From the NCBI GenBank assembly GCA_964016885.1, contig OZ024750.1:46996001-47060000 (forward strand): a stretch of 64,000 nucleotides of DNA. The letters are read 5' to 3'. The notes under the pieces are model-generated. The model worked only from the letters and a program-made list of their open reading frames with translations. It ran no database searches and was not told where the DNA came from. The DNA comes from Eledone cirrhosa (Eukaryota). Positions 60,351 through 64,000 of the stretch are shown in pieces; the first letter of the stretch is position 1; every line of letters starts with the position of its first letter. The position numbers were made by a program, and so were the translations under genes.

Positions 60351-60588
60351 GTTTCTTATGTGATATATGTATATATATATTACTCTTAATTCTGTTACTA
60401 TATATATATAAGGAAAAAAAGATGAAATCAAAAATGCAAATGGACGCTTTTTTTATAAAAATATATATTTATTTGGTTCTTTACTGGTTTCGCAGTTCCT
60501 CTGCTTTTCAAAAGTAGAATTGAGCTGGAGGGTTTGTGGCTTTTCTCCCCGCCCCCCCCCCATATATATATATATATATATATGTGTG

Positions 60589-61219
60589 TAGAAGTTATAT
60601 TTAATTTGTTGGATACAACAAGCAAATATTTTTATAACTGATATTAAGCACTCAACAAATGTTTGGAGTAAAAATACATTAACAAATGGAAACTATATTT
60701 ATAAAACCATATTTATTTCATCATACATATTTCAAGGACACCAAAGCAAATTATGGTGCGCTTTCATCAGATAAAATATAATATAGATCAGTTTTATAAA
60801 CAGATATTGACATACCCTTAAAAGAATGCGACCATGTCGGTTGGAAAATCTCGGATAGTGATGTTACTAATTTTATTATTGTTCTATTATGCAAATTAGT
60901 GTCGGAGAGGTTTAAATCGCATACATTTAAATTAAATTAAGCCGGCTTAATTTAAATGTATGGGATTTAAACCTCTCCGACACTAATTTGCATAATAGAC
61001 CAATAATAAAATTAGTAATCCCACTATCCGGGAGCTTCCAACAGACATGGTCGCATTCTTTTAAGGGTATCTCAATATTTGTTTATAAAACTGATCTATA
61101 CTATATTTCATCTGATGAAAGCGCACCATAATTTGCTTCGGTGTCCTTGAAATATGTATAATGAAATATGTATAATGAAATACATATGGTTTTATAAATA
61201 TAGTTTCCATTTGTTAATG

Positions 61220-61221
<2 letters not shown>
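60589..61221. mobile_element. Family A (diverged subfamily) long palindrome
   Basis: Arms ~60675-60943 and 60944-61221 centred on TTAAGCCGGCTTAA; same tail as 12019. Confidence 0.9.
61103..61169 (+). ncRNA. Minimal type I hammerhead ribozyme (family A subfamily)
   Basis: ATATTTCAT CTGATGA aAGCGCACC..GGTGTCCTt GAAA T atgt ATA ATGAAATAT: perfect 9-bp stem I. Confidence 0.82.
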
Positions 61222-61310
<89 letters not shown>

Positions 61311-61546
61311 AAATAATGAAGAGTAACATATTCGGTTGTGCAATAGGGTCTCTTTAAAGTATTAACTATTGTTTTTTTAGCCCGGTGTGTCTAAAAGTCG
61401 CTAATCGTTAGAAGTTACGTCAGGAATACTGATTTGTGTAAATGATACAGTGTACTAGTATTTAAAGATACATGGGAGAATGACATAAATGAAAACAACA
61501 ATAACAATAATAATATTAATGATAATATTACTACTACTATTAATAA

Positions 61547-61597
<51 letters not shown>

Positions 61598-61625
61598 CAG
61601 TAGCAGTAGTAGTAGTAGTAGTAGT
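61547..61625. repeat. (TAG)n microsatellite
   Basis: Trinucleotide run. Confidence 0.95.
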
Positions 61626-61672
61626 TGCAGTGATGAGTGGGTAGAAGCGTAAAGTAGTAATGACAATAATAA

Positions 61673-61848
61673 TAATTGTTTCTACGTTTGGCACAAGGCC
61701 AGCAATTAACCAGCGCATTAATGGTACTTTATTTGATATCGACCCCGTAAGGATGAAACGCAAAGTTAAACTCGGCGGGATTTGAACTCAGATCGAAAAG
61801 GACGTAACTATGCTGGAAGGCATGTCCGACCCTTTACCGATACTGCCA
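61673..61848 (-). mobile_element. SINE family 1
   Basis: Reverse complement of family 1. Confidence 0.9.
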
Positions 61849-62191
61849 CGGTAAAAGTGAGGGAGGTGATATGAAGAGATATAATAAGGGAGATACTTGT
61901 CAGTGTAATAAAATGGCATGATAGGGTATTGGCAACATTGAAATACAGTAGAGTTAGACGGGCGAAATAGATGAATCGTTGGAATATGAATTAAAGAATA
62001 CAAAATAAAATAAGAATAGAAAATAAAAAGATAATGATGACAGACGGGTGATTTAGGTTGGGGTATTTTGAAAGTATTATCCTATAGATGTGGTAATGCT
62101 ATGAGAGGTTGTGACTCTAAAAGGTTGAGGGACTGTCGATTGAGTTAATGTCCAATTGGTCAACTGAGAGTTAATTGTGTTCATGATGTGT

Positions 62192-64000
62192 AAAGCTGGT
62201 TTGTTGGCGACAGTATAGTAGACATTTTAAAGTGGGTTTGTTGGCGTCAATATAGTAGACCTTTTAAAGTGGGTTTGTTGACGTCAGTATAGTAGACATT
62301 TTAAAGTGGGTTTAATGACGTCAGTATAGTAGACATTTTAAAGTGGGTTTGTTGACGTCAGTATAGTAGACATTTTAAAGTGGGTTTGTTGACGTCAGTA
62401 TAGTAGACATTTTAAAGTGGGTTTAATGACGTCAGTATAGTAGACATTTTAAAGTTGGTTTCTTGGCGTCAGTATAGTAGACATTTTAAAGTGGGTTTGT
62501 TGACGTCAGTATAGTAGACATTTTAAAGTGGGTTTGTTGGCGTCAGTATAGTAGACATTTTAAAGTTGGTTTGTTGGCGTCAGTATAGTAGACATTTTAA
62601 AGTAGGTTTGTTGGCGTCAGTATAGTAGACATTTTAAAGTTGGTTTGTTGGCGTCAGTATAGTAGACATTTTAAAGTGGGTTTGTTGGCGTCAGTATAGT
62701 AGACATTTTAAAGTGGGTTTGTTGGCGTCAGTATAGTAGACATTTTAAAGTTGGTTTGTTGACGTCAGTATAGTAGACATTTTAAAGTTGGTTTCTTGAC
62801 GTCAGTATAGTAGACATTTTAAAGTTGGTTTGTTGGCGTCAGTATAGTAGACATTTTAAAGTTGGTTTGTTGACGTCAGTATAGTAGACATTTTAAAGTT
62901 GGTTTGTTGACGTCAGTATAGTAGACATTTTAAAGTTGGTTTGTTGGCGTCAGTATAGTAGAGATTTTAAAGTTGATTTGTTGATGTCAGTATAGTAGAC
63001 ATTTTAAAGTTGGTTTGTTGACGTCAGTATAGTAGACATTTTAAAGTGGGTTTGTTGACGTCAGTATAGTAGACATTTTAAAGTTGGTTTGTTGACGTCA
63101 GTATAGTAGACATTTTAAAGTGGGTTTCTTGGCGTCAGTATAGTAGACATTTTAAAGTTGGTTTGTTGGCGTCAGTATAGTAGACATTTGAAAGTTGGTT
63201 TGTTGGCGTCAGTATAGTAGACATTTTAAAGTGGGTTTGTTGGCGTCAGTATAGTAGACATTTTAAAGTGGGTTTGTTGGCGTCAGTATTGTAAACATTT
63301 TAAAGTGGGTTTGTTGGCGTCAGTATAGTAGACATTTTAAAGTTGGTTTGTTGGCGTCAGTATAGTAAACATTTTAAAGTGGGTTTGTTGGCGTCAGTAT
63401 AGTAGACATTTTAAAGTTGGTTTGTTGACGTCAGTATAGTAGACATTTTAAAGTTGGTTTCTTGACGTCAGTATAGTAGACATTTTAAAGTTGGTTTGTT
63501 GGCGTCAGTATAGTAGACATTTTAAAGTTGGTTTGTTGACGTCAGTATAGTAGACATTTTAAAGTTGGTTTGTTGACGTCAGTATAGTAGACATTTTAAA
63601 CTTGGTTTGTTGGCGTCAGTATAGTAGAGATTTTAAAGTTGATTTGTTGATGTCAGTATAGTAGACATTTTAAAGTTGGTTTCTTGACGTCAGTATAGTA
63701 GACATTTTAAAGTTGGTTTGTTGGCGTCAGTATAGTAGACATTTTAAAGCTGGTTTGTTGACGTCAGTATAGTAGACATTTTAAAGTGGGTTTCTTGGCG
63801 TCAGTATAGTAGAGATTTTAAAGTTGATTTGTTGACGTCAGTATAGTAGACCTTTTAAAGTGGGTTTCTTGGCGTCAGTATAGTAGACATTTTAAAGTTG
63901 GTTTGTTGACGTCAGTATAGTAGACATTTTAAAGTGGGTTTCTTGGCGTCAGTATAGTAGACATTTTAAAGTTGGTTTGTTGGCGTCAGTATAGTAGACA
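62192..64000. repeat. 37-bp tandem satellite (~48 units, runs off the window)
   Basis: Unit AGTATAGTAGACATTTTAAAGT(G/T)GGTTTGTTG(G/A)CGTC, with no spacers. Confidence 0.98.

Noticed and set aside
62192-64000. CRISPR-like 37-bp repeats
   Set aside because: The units abut directly with no unique spacers, there are no cas genes, and the context is eukaryotic.

Overview
AT-rich eukaryotic intergenic or intronic DNA with no convincing host gene. The dense (TA)n/(CA)n/(GA)n microsatellites and the SINE families suggest a mollusc, probably an octopus (inference). The window is almost all repeats: about 15 tRNA-derived SINE copies, two RTE-type LINE fragments (one with a clean 5' inversion), a CRE-like RLE fragment, a deleted Helitron with a PIF1 remnant, two Penelope-like (PLE) GIY-YIG relics, and a 37-bp satellite at the right end. 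The main signal is about ten unrelated families of short non-coding elements sitting in (TA)n tracts, mostly as head-to-head inverted repeats with an extra tail on one arm. Many carry a minimal type I hammerhead ribozyme: CUGANGA, stem II, GAAA, a 1-bp stem III with a palindromic loop, then NUH. One family is a ~470-nt tandem, circularly permuted monomer with one ribozyme per unit, compensatory stem II changes, and an inversion junction at the predicted cleavage site. I read this as a multi-family system of non-autonomous PLE/retrozyme-like elements mobilised by Neptune-like PLEs. All alignments and folds were done by eye, so boundaries are approximate.
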